Shown in pieces: positions 1-10,100 of a DNA stretch of 38,303 bases; positions within the stretch are counted from its first letter, which is position 1; each line of letters begins with the position of its first letter. A program made the position numbers and the translations under genes. This DNA comes from a virus. The DNA is taken from UHGV virus genome UHGV-0348957; one strand, written 5' to 3'. Under the pieces are notes generated by a model. That model made no database searches. It was not told where the DNA came from and saw only the letters and a list, made by a program, of their open reading frames with translations.

Positions 1-486
1 GCCGCCGACAAGGGCGGCAAGTGGGAGATTTGCGGCATTTGCGACGGCATTGAACCGGACGTGTTTAACAGATTGAAGGCCCTGCTGGATGCCGGAAGGC
101 GTGAAGAGGCCTGGGAGGGATGTCTCCAGTACGTCCTGGATAATACCGCCGCCGTACGTTCCTGGCTGGGTTCCGACGCTTTTCCTGGCGTTGAATTCAT
201 CCTGCGGGACCATTTTTTCAATTCCGGGAGCAGGAATACCGGGAAGATTTTGCAGCGCGCGCTGAATGTCCACGGCGCTGGGCTTGTGGTGGACGGGATT
301 GTCGGCCCCAGGACCCGGCAGGAGTTGCAGGACCAGCTGGCCGCTACGGGTGAAGCGGTGTTCCTTATCGCTCTGCAGGAGAAGCGTCAGGCGTTTTACC
401 GCTCCTGCAGGCAGTTTCCCGTGTTCGGCAAAGGATGGCTGAACCGCTGCGACGATGCGTTCAGCGTGGCACAGGAGCTTGTTTAG
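1..486 (+). CDS. Endolysin-like protein, C-terminal part (GH108-like region followed by PG_binding_3 peptidoglycan-binding domain); 5' end outside window
   Basis: Open frame from position 1; FILRDHFFNSG...LVVDGIVGPRTRQEL...FPVFGKGWLNRCDDAF matches the conserved C-terminal pattern of PG_binding_3 domains found fused to GH108 lysozymes. Confidence 0.6.
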   Translation, partial: AADKGGKWEICGICDGIEPDVFNRLKALLDAGRREEAWEGCLQYVLDNTAAVRSWLGSDAFPGVEFILRDHFFNSGSRNTGKILQRALNVHGAGLVVDGIVGPRTRQELQDQLAATGEAVFLIALQEKRQAFYRSCRQFPVFGKGWLNRCDDAFSVAQELV

Positions 487-505
487 TTGTTTACCATTAG
501 TTGTT

Positions 506-796
506 ATGAGTTCAAATCCATTAAAAGCTGTCGGAGGGGCCCTGGCAAATATCGCCACGTTCGGGGGATATGGAGCCAATAAGGCGGCCAAGAAGCAGGC
601 AAGCGCCGCCAACGCTATGGCCGATGCCATGGCGAATGCCCCGGAGCAGAAGGTTATTACTACGGAAACCAAGGATGTTTCCCAAGCGGAGAATGCGGTG
701 AATTCGTCTGCCCGCCGCCGCTTGAAGCTTAGTAATACGACGAACCGGAGTAATCCTCTTTCTTCCCTGGCTGGCCTGAGGAAGACGCTGGGTTGA
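506..796 (+). CDS. Hypothetical small virion/structural-module protein (97 aa, Ala/Asn-rich)
   Basis: ATG at 506 inside track ORF 455..796; positioned between lysin and portal; no recognisable domain. Confidence 0.35.
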   Translation: MSSNPLKAVGGALANIATFGGYGANKAAKKQASAANAMADAMANAPEQKVITTETKDVSQAENAVNSSARRRLKLSNTTNRSNPLSSLAGLRKTLG

Positions 797-814
797 TTTT
801 TACACAGGAGATCC

Positions 815-2479
815 ATGGAAAATGTTAAAGATTTATTGAGGACGGCAGACGCCCTGTTCACGGAGATGAATAAGAATTCCGGGGATTGGGATGAATTGCG
901 CCGGCGCATTATGCCGCGGATGGAGGGGAAGGCCCGCCAGCAGGAACAGGCTAATGAGATGACGGCTGCGTCCATTTTTTCTCCGGTGGCGCATAAGTCC
1001 CTTTTGAATTTGGCGTCCGCTCATCTTCTTTTTATTACTCCCATGGATCAGAAGTGGTTTTCCCTGCGGCCGCAGGAGGAAAGGGATGATTACACCGATG
1101 AGGACGATTGGTACAGCAAAGCGACGGAGGCCGTCTACCGCGCGCTGGCGGATTCCAATTTTTATGCGGCGGCCCACGAGGTTTACCTGGACCGTTGCCT
1201 GACAGGGACAGGCTGCATGTTTGCAGATGTTTCCCGTGACGGGTCCCTGGTGTTTAAACACGTCCCTACCGGGACTTATGCGATTGCCGAGGGAGCCCAC
1301 GGGGAGGTGAATACGCTGGTGCGGACGTTGAAGTTTACTGCCCAGCAGGCCGTGGAGATGTTTAAGCTGCGCAATCTGCCTGTCAAGATTCAGGAGGCGT
1401 ATAAGGATGCGGAGAGGCGGTACACCGAGATGTTCGAGTTTGTTCACCTTGTACTGCCCAACAGCCGGGCGCAGTTCGGTTCCGACATGGTAAGGCCTGG
1501 CCGCCGCAAGTGGTTGGACGTGTATATTGCCAGGGAGGCGGAGAAGATTGTTTTCCATGGCGGCTTTTACGAGTTTCCTTTTTTGGTGACGCGCTTTTTG
1601 AAGGGTGGCGTTTCTTCTTACGGCGAGGCTCCGGGCAAAGCTGTGCTGCCGGAGATTAAGGCTACCCTGCTGATGGATCGGGTGATGGATGTGGCCGGCA
1701 GCCGGGCGGCAATTCCCAGCGTTATTGTGTCGGCTAAGATGGCAAAGGAGGTTGATTTGCGGGCCGGAGGCAAGACGGTTGTTCCGGATGAGCTTATTGG
1801 TTCACAGTTTCCGAGGGAATGGGCGAACGTGGGGGATGTGAGGTTTATGCTGGAGCGGCAAGATAAGAAGGAGAAGTTGATCAGGGAGGCGTTTTTCAAT
1901 GATATTCTCCAGGTGGTTTCAAGCGTGGACCGCGAGATGACGGCTACGGAGGTGAATGCCCGCGAGTCGGAACGCATTATTTGCTTTTTTTCTTCTTTCA
2001 TTCAGTTTTCGCAGGATTTCCAGACGATGATGAATCGCATTGTCTGCCTGATGTTCCGCAATATGCAGGGGGCCGTGCTTCCGGGCGACGCGCCTGATGA
2101 GTTTTTTGTCCGTTCCGCCGATGGGGAGAAGTTTGAGTTGCGAACTCCCCGCACCCGCTATCTGGGCAAGATTGCCCAGGCATTTGACCGTTTGCAGAGG
2201 TACGGCCTTGAGGGGGTGCTGAATGGGTTGGCGAAGTATATCCAGGTTTCGGGCGATACCCGCATTGCCAAGCGCATGAAGGCATGGGAGGTGTTGCGGT
2301 TTATGTGGGACAGTTCCGGCGCCCCGTCCAAGTGCATTGTGTCCGCGTCCGAGAATAGCAAGATGGTTGAGGAGGAGAGGGCGCAGGAGGATCAGATGCG
2401 TCAGGCCGCCCTTGCGGAACAATTGGCCAGGGCCGGCAGGGATAGTGCCGCGGCATCCGCACAGTTTAATACGGAATGA
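815..2479 (+). CDS. Portal / head-to-tail connector protein, T7 gp8-like
   Basis: 554 aa; segments LLNLASAHLLFITPMDQKWFSL, SNFYAAAHEVYLDRCLTGTGCMFA and YAIAEGAHGEVNTLV align by pattern with T7 gp8 (LNNLASKLMLALFPMQTWMRL, SNSYRVTLFEALKQLVVAGNVLLY, YRLSSYVVQRDAFGNVLQMV); Gln/Ala-rich C-terminal tail like gp8. Confidence 0.6.
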   Translation: MENVKDLLRTADALFTEMNKNSGDWDELRRRIMPRMEGKARQQEQANEMTAASIFSPVAHKSLLNLASAHLLFITPMDQKWFSLRPQEERDDYTDEDDWYSKATEAVYRALADSNFYAAAHEVYLDRCLTGTGCMFADVSRDGSLVFKHVPTGTYAIAEGAHGEVNTLVRTLKFTAQQAVEMFKLRNLPVKIQEAYKDAERRYTEMFEFVHLVLPNSRAQFGSDMVRPGRRKWLDVYIAREAEKIVFHGGFYEFPFLVTRFLKGGVSSYGEAPGKAVLPEIKATLLMDRVMDVAGSRAAIPSVIVSAKMAKEVDLRAGGKTVVPDELIGSQFPREWANVGDVRFMLERQDKKEKLIREAFFNDILQVVSSVDREMTATEVNARESERIICFFSSFIQFSQDFQTMMNRIVCLMFRNMQGAVLPGDAPDEFFVRSADGEKFELRTPRTRYLGKIAQAFDRLQRYGLEGVLNGLAKYIQVSGDTRIAKRMKAWEVLRFMWDSSGAPSKCIVSASENSKMVEEERAQEDQMRQAALAEQLARAGRDSAAASAQFNTE

Positions 2480-2748
2480 TGATGAATATGTTTGAAGATA
2501 AGCCGACACCGGAACAGGTTGAGTTTCTCAAGAGGCTCAACCGGAGACGAGCCGCGCTGAAGGAGGCTTTTACTCCGGAGGTGCTGGATATTTTAGAGAA
2601 GGAGTTCCAGACGAATTTGCCCTGCTTTCAAGGGAAGGCTGGTTCCTACGATCCCCTTGACGCAATGCGCCGAGACGCCCAGCGGGAGGTTCTCCTGTGG
2701 GTAAGATACGAGATTGAACAATATAACCCTGATTTACATGACCTATAG
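2476..2748 (+). CDS. Hypothetical protein (90 aa), translationally coupled to portal (ATGA overlap)
   Basis: ATG overlaps portal stop; no domain recognised. Confidence 0.4.
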   Translation: MMMNMFEDKPTPEQVEFLKRLNRRRAALKEAFTPEVLDILEKEFQTNLPCFQGKAGSYDPLDAMRRDAQREVLLWVRYEIEQYNPDLHDL

Positions 2749-3493
2749 TAGACTATTCCATAACAGGTTCTTATACGAAGAGGCCATTCCGGAAGGGGGG
2801 GCTGGCGGCAATGGCGCTCCGTCTCCCACGAATGGCGCCCCTCCTGCGAATCCCACAGGAGGCGGTTCTCCCGCGGATCTTCCTGTCCCGTCCAATCCCT
2901 ACGATTTTTCAGGGGGTACGGAAGAGCCCGATCCGGCTCCCGGCAGTCCTCCCCCGCTTTCTCCGCAGGAGGAGACCGAGTATGAGATTGATTTTGGGGA
3001 GGGGTTTGTGGAGAATGATGCCCTGCGGGATATGTTGAAGGGACATGCCAGGGCGGCAGGGCTGCCGGCCGATGCCGCCGGGAAGTTTCTTTCCGAGGTG
3101 GCTGCCAGCATCCGCGCGGACGAGGAGGCGGCTTTTAAGGAGGCTGACGAAGCGTTGAAGGACGAATGGGGAGCGGAGTATGAGAGGAATGTTTCTGCCT
3201 CCAAGGCTTTTGCCCGGAAGCTTTCCGTGGAGTCCGGCGTTCCTATGGAGAAGATGGCTGTGTTTGCGAGTCCGGACGGGTTCCGCGTTCTGCACGCCAT
3301 TTCCCGGATGATAGGCGAGGGAGGCTTGAAGGGCGGCGGTCAGATTCCGGCGAAGACGGATCCTGCCGACGAGGCTCAAGCTGTTTTGTCCGACCCCAAT
3401 CACCGTTATTATAAGGCAATCGCCGATCCTTCACATCCACAGTGGCGGGAGGCTACCGATTATTATAATAAGCTGGTGGGGATTTCCGGTTAG
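2714..3493 (+). CDS. Putative scaffolding protein (acidic, Pro/Gly-rich N-terminus, helical C-terminus); alternative start at 2738
   Basis: Position immediately after portal as in T7 gp9; acidic helical composition (EEAAFKEADEALKDEWGAEYERN). No specific motif, so the call is positional and compositional. Confidence 0.4.
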   Translation: MNNITLIYMTYSRLFHNRFLYEEAIPEGGAGGNGAPSPTNGAPPANPTGGGSPADLPVPSNPYDFSGGTEEPDPAPGSPPPLSPQEETEYEIDFGEGFVENDALRDMLKGHARAAGLPADAAGKFLSEVAASIRADEEAAFKEADEALKDEWGAEYERNVSASKAFARKLSVESGVPMEKMAVFASPDGFRVLHAISRMIGEGGLKGGGQIPAKTDPADEAQAVLSDPNHRYYKAIADPSHPQWREATDYYNKLVGISG

Positions 3494-3521
3494 TTTTTTT
3501 GCGTTGACTATTGGTTCGGAG

Positions 3522-3556
3522 GGGTGTCCTGCTGTGCGGGGCGCCCTTTCTTTTTT
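3522..3556 (+). terminator. Rho-independent terminator candidate after the scaffold gene
   Basis: GGGUGUCC / GGGCGCCC stem (two G-U pairs), 8-nt loop, followed by TTTCTTTTTTT. Confidence 0.45.
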
Positions 3557-3563
3557 TCATTTG

Positions 3564-3585
3564 TTCAAGTTACGGTTGTATTCAT
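3564..3585 (+). promoter_or_regulatory. 22-bp motif TCAAGTTACGGTTGTATTCATC (copy 1), 19 bp upstream of the gp11-like start
   Basis: Exact 22/22 identity with 33184..33205; the 11-bp core TTGTATTCATC also occurs at 22181..22191. Confidence 0.5.
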
Positions 3586-3603
3586 CAGGCCTGGGGATGT
3601 GGC

Positions 3604-4173
3604 ATGATGCCTCAAATGGATAAGGTGACCGTTTTTAACCAGGCTTTGGCCCAGTTGGGGGACCGGGAGTATGTGAAGGGTTCCCCAGCCGGTCGCGCCG
3701 TTGATTTGTGGTGGCCTACCGTGTTGCAGGAAGCGCTGTTGTTCGGGGCATGGACCTGGGCAACCAAACGGGTTGAGATGGAGCGCTCTGTCATGAGGCA
3801 TCCGATTCCGGATGATTGCCTGCGCGTGTTGTATGTGGGGGCGGATTTGTTCCGCATTGAGGGGCGTGATTTGGTGGTTGAGCGTTACGGGAAACGCGCC
3901 GCCGGGACCGATAAGCTGGTGGTGGATTATCTTTCCGACGAGGTGGCCCGCTCCGAAGTGCTGCCGGATCATAGTCCGTTTTTCATCAAGGGCGTTGTGT
4001 TTCTTCTGGCTGGCAGGTGCGCTTTGAAGCTGGCTTCTTCACCCCAGCTTGCGGCCGCTTTGGAGGCACAGGGTGAGGCGTTTTTAAGCAAGGCCCTTTA
4101 TTGGGACACCTGCCAGCATGCTTCCAATGACCAGGATCCGTTAACAGAGATTTTAAACAGTTCCATTTTCTGA
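3604..4173 (+). CDS. Tail tubular protein A / adaptor-like protein (T7 gp11-like)
   Basis: 189 aa; FNQALAQLGD...LLFGAWTWATK resembles T7 gp11 VNDILASIGE...QSRGWTFN; size matches gp11 (196 aa). The track ORF start at 3511 is rejected because the upstream region holds a terminator and the repeated motif. Confidence 0.45.
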   Translation: MMPQMDKVTVFNQALAQLGDREYVKGSPAGRAVDLWWPTVLQEALLFGAWTWATKRVEMERSVMRHPIPDDCLRVLYVGADLFRIEGRDLVVERYGKRAAGTDKLVVDYLSDEVARSEVLPDHSPFFIKGVVFLLAGRCALKLASSPQLAAALEAQGEAFLSKALYWDTCQHASNDQDPLTEILNSSIF

Positions 4174-4177
4174 TGTT

Positions 4178-4873
4178 ATGAGTTCCGATTTCGGGGTTTC
4201 CCAGCAGTATAAGTATCAGGGGCAGGCGGCTTTGAGCAACGGGCGCGCCACGCAGGCGGCTTATGAGAAGAAGGCCCGCGCCCTGGAGGCAGAGGCGGTT
4301 TCCGATTCCCACCTGGCCGCCCGCAATATGAAGCGGATGCGCCAGAATCAGAATGCCGCCATGGGGTCTGCACGGGCACAGCGCGGCGGATCCGGTTTTA
4401 CTTCCGAGGGTTCCGGAAGCCAGGCGGAGGTGGCGGTGGCGGATGTGTGGGAGAGCGCCATTGGGGATGCGGCCCTTTCCAACGCGGTTTCCGATGCCAA
4501 TAAGCGGTTTGCCGCGGAGTCCGCCCGATACCAGGGTGATCTGGCCATGATGGCGGCACACAGCGAGGCGGACCAGTATAAGATGCTTTCACAGAATGCC
4601 CTTGGTTCTGCCATGATCCAGACGGCCCTGACGGTGGCGGGGGGAGTCATGGGGGAAGCAGGAATGTCCGGTGGAGGATTGCTGGGGGGTGTTACCGAGA
4701 GCGGGGAGAAGTGGGGAGCCAAGGTAGGAGGAGCCCAGGGGGCTTTTTCCGGGATGATGAATGCTTATTCCCTTTCCGGTTCCCTGGGGGGGATGGTGCC
4801 GGGGAGCATGCAGTCTTCCAACAGGTTGAGGGATTCCCTGCTGGCTAATTTCATGGGTTTTGGAAAGAGATGA
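4178..4873 (+). CDS. Gly/Ala/Ser-rich internal virion protein (gp14-like?), 231 aa
   Basis: Low-complexity GGVMGEAGMSGGGLLGGV... region; position in the internal-core gene block; no catalytic motif. Confidence 0.35.
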   Translation: MSSDFGVSQQYKYQGQAALSNGRATQAAYEKKARALEAEAVSDSHLAARNMKRMRQNQNAAMGSARAQRGGSGFTSEGSGSQAEVAVADVWESAIGDAALSNAVSDANKRFAAESARYQGDLAMMAAHSEADQYKMLSQNALGSAMIQTALTVAGGVMGEAGMSGGGLLGGVTESGEKWGAKVGGAQGAFSGMMNAYSLSGSLGGMVPGSMQSSNRLRDSLLANFMGFGKR

Positions 4874-5211
4874 GCGTTTCTCCCATGCAGCAGGCTTTTT
4901 TACTGATGGAAGCCCAGCGCCCCGGCTGGTTCCGGGAGACCGTTTCCCTGGCGGATGCGGGAGGCGGGGTCGTGTGGTGCTGCCCTTCGTTGTTTTTTGC
5001 GGGGGTGCCAGATCCGGAGTCCCCCAGGACGTTGATTATTCTTTTTGCCCACGGCCGTATGGAGGCCGTCAGGGAGCTGGCTTGTCTGGTGCAGGGGCGT
5101 TTTGACCGGGCAAGGTGGCAGCGCTGCATCCGCGGACGCGAGGACTGGAAGGAGATTTCCATCCCAAGGTTTTTAAGTTTTAACCGTTTCAAGATGAACG
5201 AAGATGAGTGA
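4870..5211 (+). CDS. Hypothetical protein, 113 aa, translationally coupled on both sides
   Basis: ATG overlaps the upstream stop (ATGA) and its stop overlaps the downstream start. Confidence 0.35.
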   Translation: MSVSPMQQAFLLMEAQRPGWFRETVSLADAGGGVVWCCPSLFFAGVPDPESPRTLIILFAHGRMEAVRELACLVQGRFDRARWQRCIRGREDWKEISIPRFLSFNRFKMNEDE

Positions 5212-7162
5212 TTTACAGCAACCCTTGTACGGAGGAACCCGGATGAATGCGGCTTCCTCCACCCCTTCCCCGATCCAGATGCCGGATGTTTCTTCCAAGC
5301 CCGTTCAGAGGGCGCTGCAGAATGCCCAGGAGTTTGTGTCTGATGTTGCCCACCAGTACCAGCGCATGAAGGATTTCGGCGAGCAGACGCGGCTGGAAGG
5401 CCAGATGAATGATTTGGCCAGCGAGTTTGAGCAGGAGATAACACGGAGATTGGGGTTTGCCCGCGGTCATGAGCTGTCTTTTTACGATCGTGACGGGAGG
5501 CTGAAAGAGAGCGCCCTGAATACGTTTGTACGGAATTACGAAGGGAAGTTCCGCGGGTTGAAGGGGAGTTTTGTTTCCCAGGAGGAGGCCTCCAGGTTCG
5601 GAGCCAGAAAGCAGGATGTGATGCGCCGACTCCAGGGGCGGGCATCCGAGTTGATGCTTAAGGGGCAAATTCAGGAGTCCAGGCAGGCTTTTGAGGAAGG
5701 GTTGAAGGGGGATTTGCTGCGGAGGGATTTCCAAGGAGCCACCCGTAGGCGCATTCAGGCTTACGAGGCCGGCATTATTTCTGAGAATGGAATGAACGAC
5801 GGTATTCTGGAAGATACACGGAACGGCCTTTTGGACGAATACGAGCAGGATATGCTGATTAACCCCAGTGTTGCTTTTACGAAGCTTGGGGACGGCTATT
5901 TTGATGCTCTGGGCGCAGGAGATGTTTTAAAGCTGAAGGAGAAGACCAGAAGGTTTTTACGTTCCGCGAACCGCTCCGAAGGTGAAGATGGAGCGCCCGG
6001 TTACAGAAAGGGTTCTCTTTGGCCGAAAGCTTCCCTCCGTTACGGAGCCACGGAGCAGGAATACGACTGGGTGGAGCATTATAACCGGACCGGCAGTTAC
6101 GGGAAATACGCCCCTTCCATTAAGTTTGCCTTCCGGGAGGATTTACGGAATCTGCCTCCCGCCAATTCCGGCGAAGAAAGAACGAGGTACGTCAATGACA
6201 TGTTGAAGAAGTGGGGGCAGTATGGACAGGTTCTTGGAGATGAAAGGAAGCTGCGCCTGTTTGTAGAAGACCGGATTGACGCCATGGGGAGACCCAATAC
6301 GAACCGGAATAATATAGAGGCCGTTTTGAAGGCCATGCCGGATCATGTGTATATTCCTTATTTTTCTTACCAGGTAGCTAATGCTTACAAGAGTGGCGAC
6401 CAGGAGCAGATTAAGAAGGCAGAGAGTACGCGGGATGAGGTGGAGGCAGATATTTTGTATAAGACGGAACTTTCCATGACGGAGTGGAGACAGGCTCATC
6501 CCAATGCCACACTTGCCCAAGATCTTGCGCAGATCCATCAATTTACCGCTTTTCATGCCGGGAACAGGTTTGCCTATCGGCCTATTATTGAAGAAGATAA
6601 GAAAAGATCTGACGAGAGCCGCATGAAGAAGGCGCTGGAGTCCATGCCTTTGTATTCTTTTGAGCAACAGGAAGAGTTGAACGTGTCTCCAGAAGAGAGG
6701 GAGGCCCAGCAAAAGAAGGCGGCACAATATATTAAGGGCCAAAGACCTTATTTGCCTTCCCCTCTTGAGAACCACCCTGTTTCTTTTGTCCGGCATGCTA
6801 CATCCGGAGCGTATGTTTCCAAGCAGGCTTATGAGGCTATCAAGGCTAAGTTTGGGAATAGACCTTTTGCCCGCATTTCTCTGGGACGCAACGGAGCTTT
6901 CCTAAGGGTTCCCGTCGTCGGGGTCTATGAGGGAACCCCGCGGGGCGTTGAGGTTTCAGGACCGCTTTATGAACGCATGGCGTTAAGGTTTCCCGGTGAA
7001 CAGGCCAGCGGGAATGTCAGCATTTACGACGGGAAGGATGAACCGGAAGCGCCGGAAGATGGATACGGACCAGGGTTGCTGCCTCCTTTGCCGGGTGGAG
7101 ACGATACTTACACGCAGGTGAACGATATTGACGACTCCGCTCTTCTTCCTCTTTATCAATAG
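5204..7162 (+). CDS. Internal virion / ejection protein candidate (gp15-like by position), 652 aa, highly charged and helical
   Basis: Lies between gp14-like and the giant gp16-analog gene; no specific motif recognised. Confidence 0.35.
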   Translation: MSDLQQPLYGGTRMNAASSTPSPIQMPDVSSKPVQRALQNAQEFVSDVAHQYQRMKDFGEQTRLEGQMNDLASEFEQEITRRLGFARGHELSFYDRDGRLKESALNTFVRNYEGKFRGLKGSFVSQEEASRFGARKQDVMRRLQGRASELMLKGQIQESRQAFEEGLKGDLLRRDFQGATRRRIQAYEAGIISENGMNDGILEDTRNGLLDEYEQDMLINPSVAFTKLGDGYFDALGAGDVLKLKEKTRRFLRSANRSEGEDGAPGYRKGSLWPKASLRYGATEQEYDWVEHYNRTGSYGKYAPSIKFAFREDLRNLPPANSGEERTRYVNDMLKKWGQYGQVLGDERKLRLFVEDRIDAMGRPNTNRNNIEAVLKAMPDHVYIPYFSYQVANAYKSGDQEQIKKAESTRDEVEADILYKTELSMTEWRQAHPNATLAQDLAQIHQFTAFHAGNRFAYRPIIEEDKKRSDESRMKKALESMPLYSFEQQEELNVSPEEREAQQKKAAQYIKGQRPYLPSPLENHPVSFVRHATSGAYVSKQAYEAIKAKFGNRPFARISLGRNGAFLRVPVVGVYEGTPRGVEVSGPLYERMALRFPGEQASGNVSIYDGKDEPEAPEDGYGPGLLPPLPGGDDTYTQVNDIDDSALLPLYQ

Positions 7163-7179
7163 TTTTAGCACAAGAATAT

Positions 7180-10100
7180 ATGTTTGCACAGGATGTTTTT
7201 GAGAGGTTGGGGCTGTCCCAAGATATGGATTTATTGAAAGAACTCCAGAAAGAGGCATTGTTAGAGCCAACGGAAGCGGCGCAGAGCCCCTATATGGATG
7301 ACCCGGCATATGCCGGTTTTGAGACCTTGCGCGGTTTGTTTGGTTCCAACCATGGAGATAATCCCTCCATGTATTGGCTGGCACAGGGAAAAGAGATGCC
7401 TGAATTTGCCACCGTGGCGGACGCACAGGCTGCCGTCTGGAAGGATTTCCAGAAAAAAGCCCGTGCTTGTCAGGCAGAGCAGGAGCGACAGCAACAGGCA
7501 CGGGAGGCATTGGCTGCTACGATTGATCCCTTCATTGACCGGTACGTGCGCGGGGACACTGTTGTTCCCTCCCCTGAACAGGTAATGATGATGCAGGAGG
7601 CGGGCATTTCCTGGGAGAGTGTCAGACGAGCCCGCAGAGGGATGCAACTTGTCCGGGAATATGACGCGCAGGGCACCCTGTACGACGACAGGATCATCAA
7701 TAATCTGGCGGAACAGGTGGGAGATGATGAGCTGGCACGGCGCATTGTGCTGAATATGTTTTATAATGACGCCAGGAAGTACGCCAAGGATAAGCACGGT
7801 GACGAGTGGACCGGGATTGACTGGATAGATAAGGCAGCCCAGGGGGTAACGGGGATGGTACGCACCGGGGGCGTGAAGGGATGGCGGACAGGTCAGAAGG
7901 CCTGGCGGAATTTACAGGTAATGGGAGAGGTGGATGCCGTTACGAATGCAGCTAAGCGTCTGCCGGAGTTGATTGCTTCCGGAATGGATGTGGATGAAGC
8001 ACGCGCTCAGATTGAGAAGGATGCCACTTTTCTTGAGATACGACGCCGCTGGGCTGCCGATCTGGTTGAAACTATGGAAGCCGGGGAAAAGGAATATCTG
8101 GAAGGGGAGGACCGTCATTTGGTTGGCCGCATTGGTTCGCAGCTTGGTTCCATTATCGGAGATACGGCTCCCTGGTTCATTCCTGCCATTGGTCCTGCTA
8201 TCGGAGCTTCCTCCGCCATGCAATCCCGCAGGGATGAGGGGGTGAGCATTGGGTTAACGATGGAGGAAACGGAGAAGAGGGCCATGATGTTCGGCCAGGC
8301 AGATGCTCTGGAAGAGATGATTGCTTTTTCCCCCATCGGGCGGTTGACGCCCGGATATAAGTGGTTGAAGAAGGCGCTTGGCGGTGGGAAGGCCGCCGGG
8401 AAGCTGGCCCCGTGGCGGGCTCAATGGATGGCGAGTCCGAAGGCCCAATACGCTATTCAAGGGCTTTCCGGTGCTGCGGAAGAGGCCATTTTTGAGCCTA
8501 CAGCCGGGTATTTGATGCGTACTGTACAGAGCATGAACCTGACGGACGAACGCGGAAAACAGACTTTCCGTCAGTATTTGGACGATATGGGGCAGATGAT
8601 GCACGGAGAACAGGGTCTTGCCCTGCTGGCATTTACGTTTGGGATGTCCGGCTTTAATTATCCTCAAATCAAAAAGGCGGCCCAAGAGTTTGGCCTTTCT
8701 TTGCAACATTACAAGGAACTGGGAGGCACGGTCCAGGGGTATCTGGAAGCCAGGGAGGAAAAGACCGCCGAAGGTTTTTTGAATAAGGCTCTTTCCAATT
8801 TGCATGATTCCTGGATGGAGGATCCGCAGGCTTCCATGGAGCGGGCGAGCGCGGCTGCCGGAGAACGCCTTTCCGGGGAACGCATTGAGTCTTTGCGGGA
8901 GCTGGACGCGTGGCGGGCCGCCGAGGATGCCGGCATGGTGCCCAGGGTGGAGCCGGCGGAACAGGAGGGGATGTTCCGGGTGTATGCTCCGGCGCGCGGC
9001 ACGGAAGCGCCGCGGGAGGATGCTTCCGTTTCCGGAGAGGGGCAGGAAGAGGGCGCCCCTTCCTACACGCTGATGGACGGCGAGCAGATGACGGCTTATT
9101 TGCAGGCGTTTGTGGATGCCGATATGGAACATGCCATTGTCGGGGCGCAGCATTTGCTGGCCGGGGATGTGACCGTGGGCCAGGCTCTTGCCCAGGGGCG
9201 TTTTGACGCGGCGGAGGTGATTACACGCACAGTGACGGATGAACAGACAGGGGCCGAACGGGTGGTGATTGCCCCGGAGACGCTGGGGCAGATGAAGGCC
9301 CGCGCGGATATGGCAATGGCCGCTATCCGCGCCCTGGAGGCGGAGGGGGTGAGTTATGAGGAGGCCGCCGCCCGCATGGATGCGTCCCTGAGCGAGCATA
9401 TTCCGCTGGGGACCCTTGTGCAGACATGGGAGGAATCCCAGGAACGCATCAGGACGGAACAGGCCCGGAACCCGGAGTTTAAGGCTCCTGCCATGGATGC
9501 CCCGTTTTCCAACGCTTATGTGACGAAGGTGCGCCGGGGAGATACGTTCCGCCGGGTGTTGAGGTATGCCCGCGGGAGCGCGACGGTGGAGGATTTGATG
9601 GAGGAGACGATGGAACAGGCGGTCATTTCCTGGCAGGCGGAGCAGGGTTTGTCCTGGGACGAGTTCGGCGCGATGCTCCAAGAGGCGCAGAGGGTGATGA
9701 TTGAGTTGTTTCCGGAGGCGCGGGGGGAGGAGATGCAGTTTATTCACCTGGACGCCGGGAAGCCGGTGACGGGTCATGACGCGATTGAGGCGTTTTCCAA
9801 AATCGGGCGTTCCCGCTGGCTGGCGGACACGGTGCGGAGTACGTCCCTGCCCTCCTGGCTGCGGAAGTTGCTGAATCACCTGGTGAAGTTCCTGGGGTAT
9901 TTTAAGGCGCGCGTGGAGTTGGGCGAGATGGTGCGCCAGGCGGAGGAACAGGGCGTGTTTTCCCTGCCGGTGCGTCAGGCCCTGGCGGTGATGCTGGATG
10001 CGGGGAATGCCCTGTACCGGGACCAGCAGGGGGATTTGATGGAGTTGTCCATGGAGCGGGCCAGAGCGCAGGCGGGGCTGGACGCGATGTTTGGCGCGGG

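Noticed and set aside
815-2479. Alternative calls for the 554-aa protein (major capsid or MuF)
   Set aside because: Blockwise resemblance to T7 gp8 portal is much better than to capsid folds; no MuF motif.
833-2509. - strand ORFs 833..1558, 1919..2509, 1998..2285 inside the portal gene
   Set aside because: Antisense artefacts; the portal call on the + strand has clear homology patterns.
3511-3603. N-terminal extension of the gp11-like ORF (track start 3511)
   Set aside because: The region contains a terminator hairpin and the conserved 22-bp motif; the Cys/Phe-rich translation looks non-coding; the ATG at 3604 was preferred.
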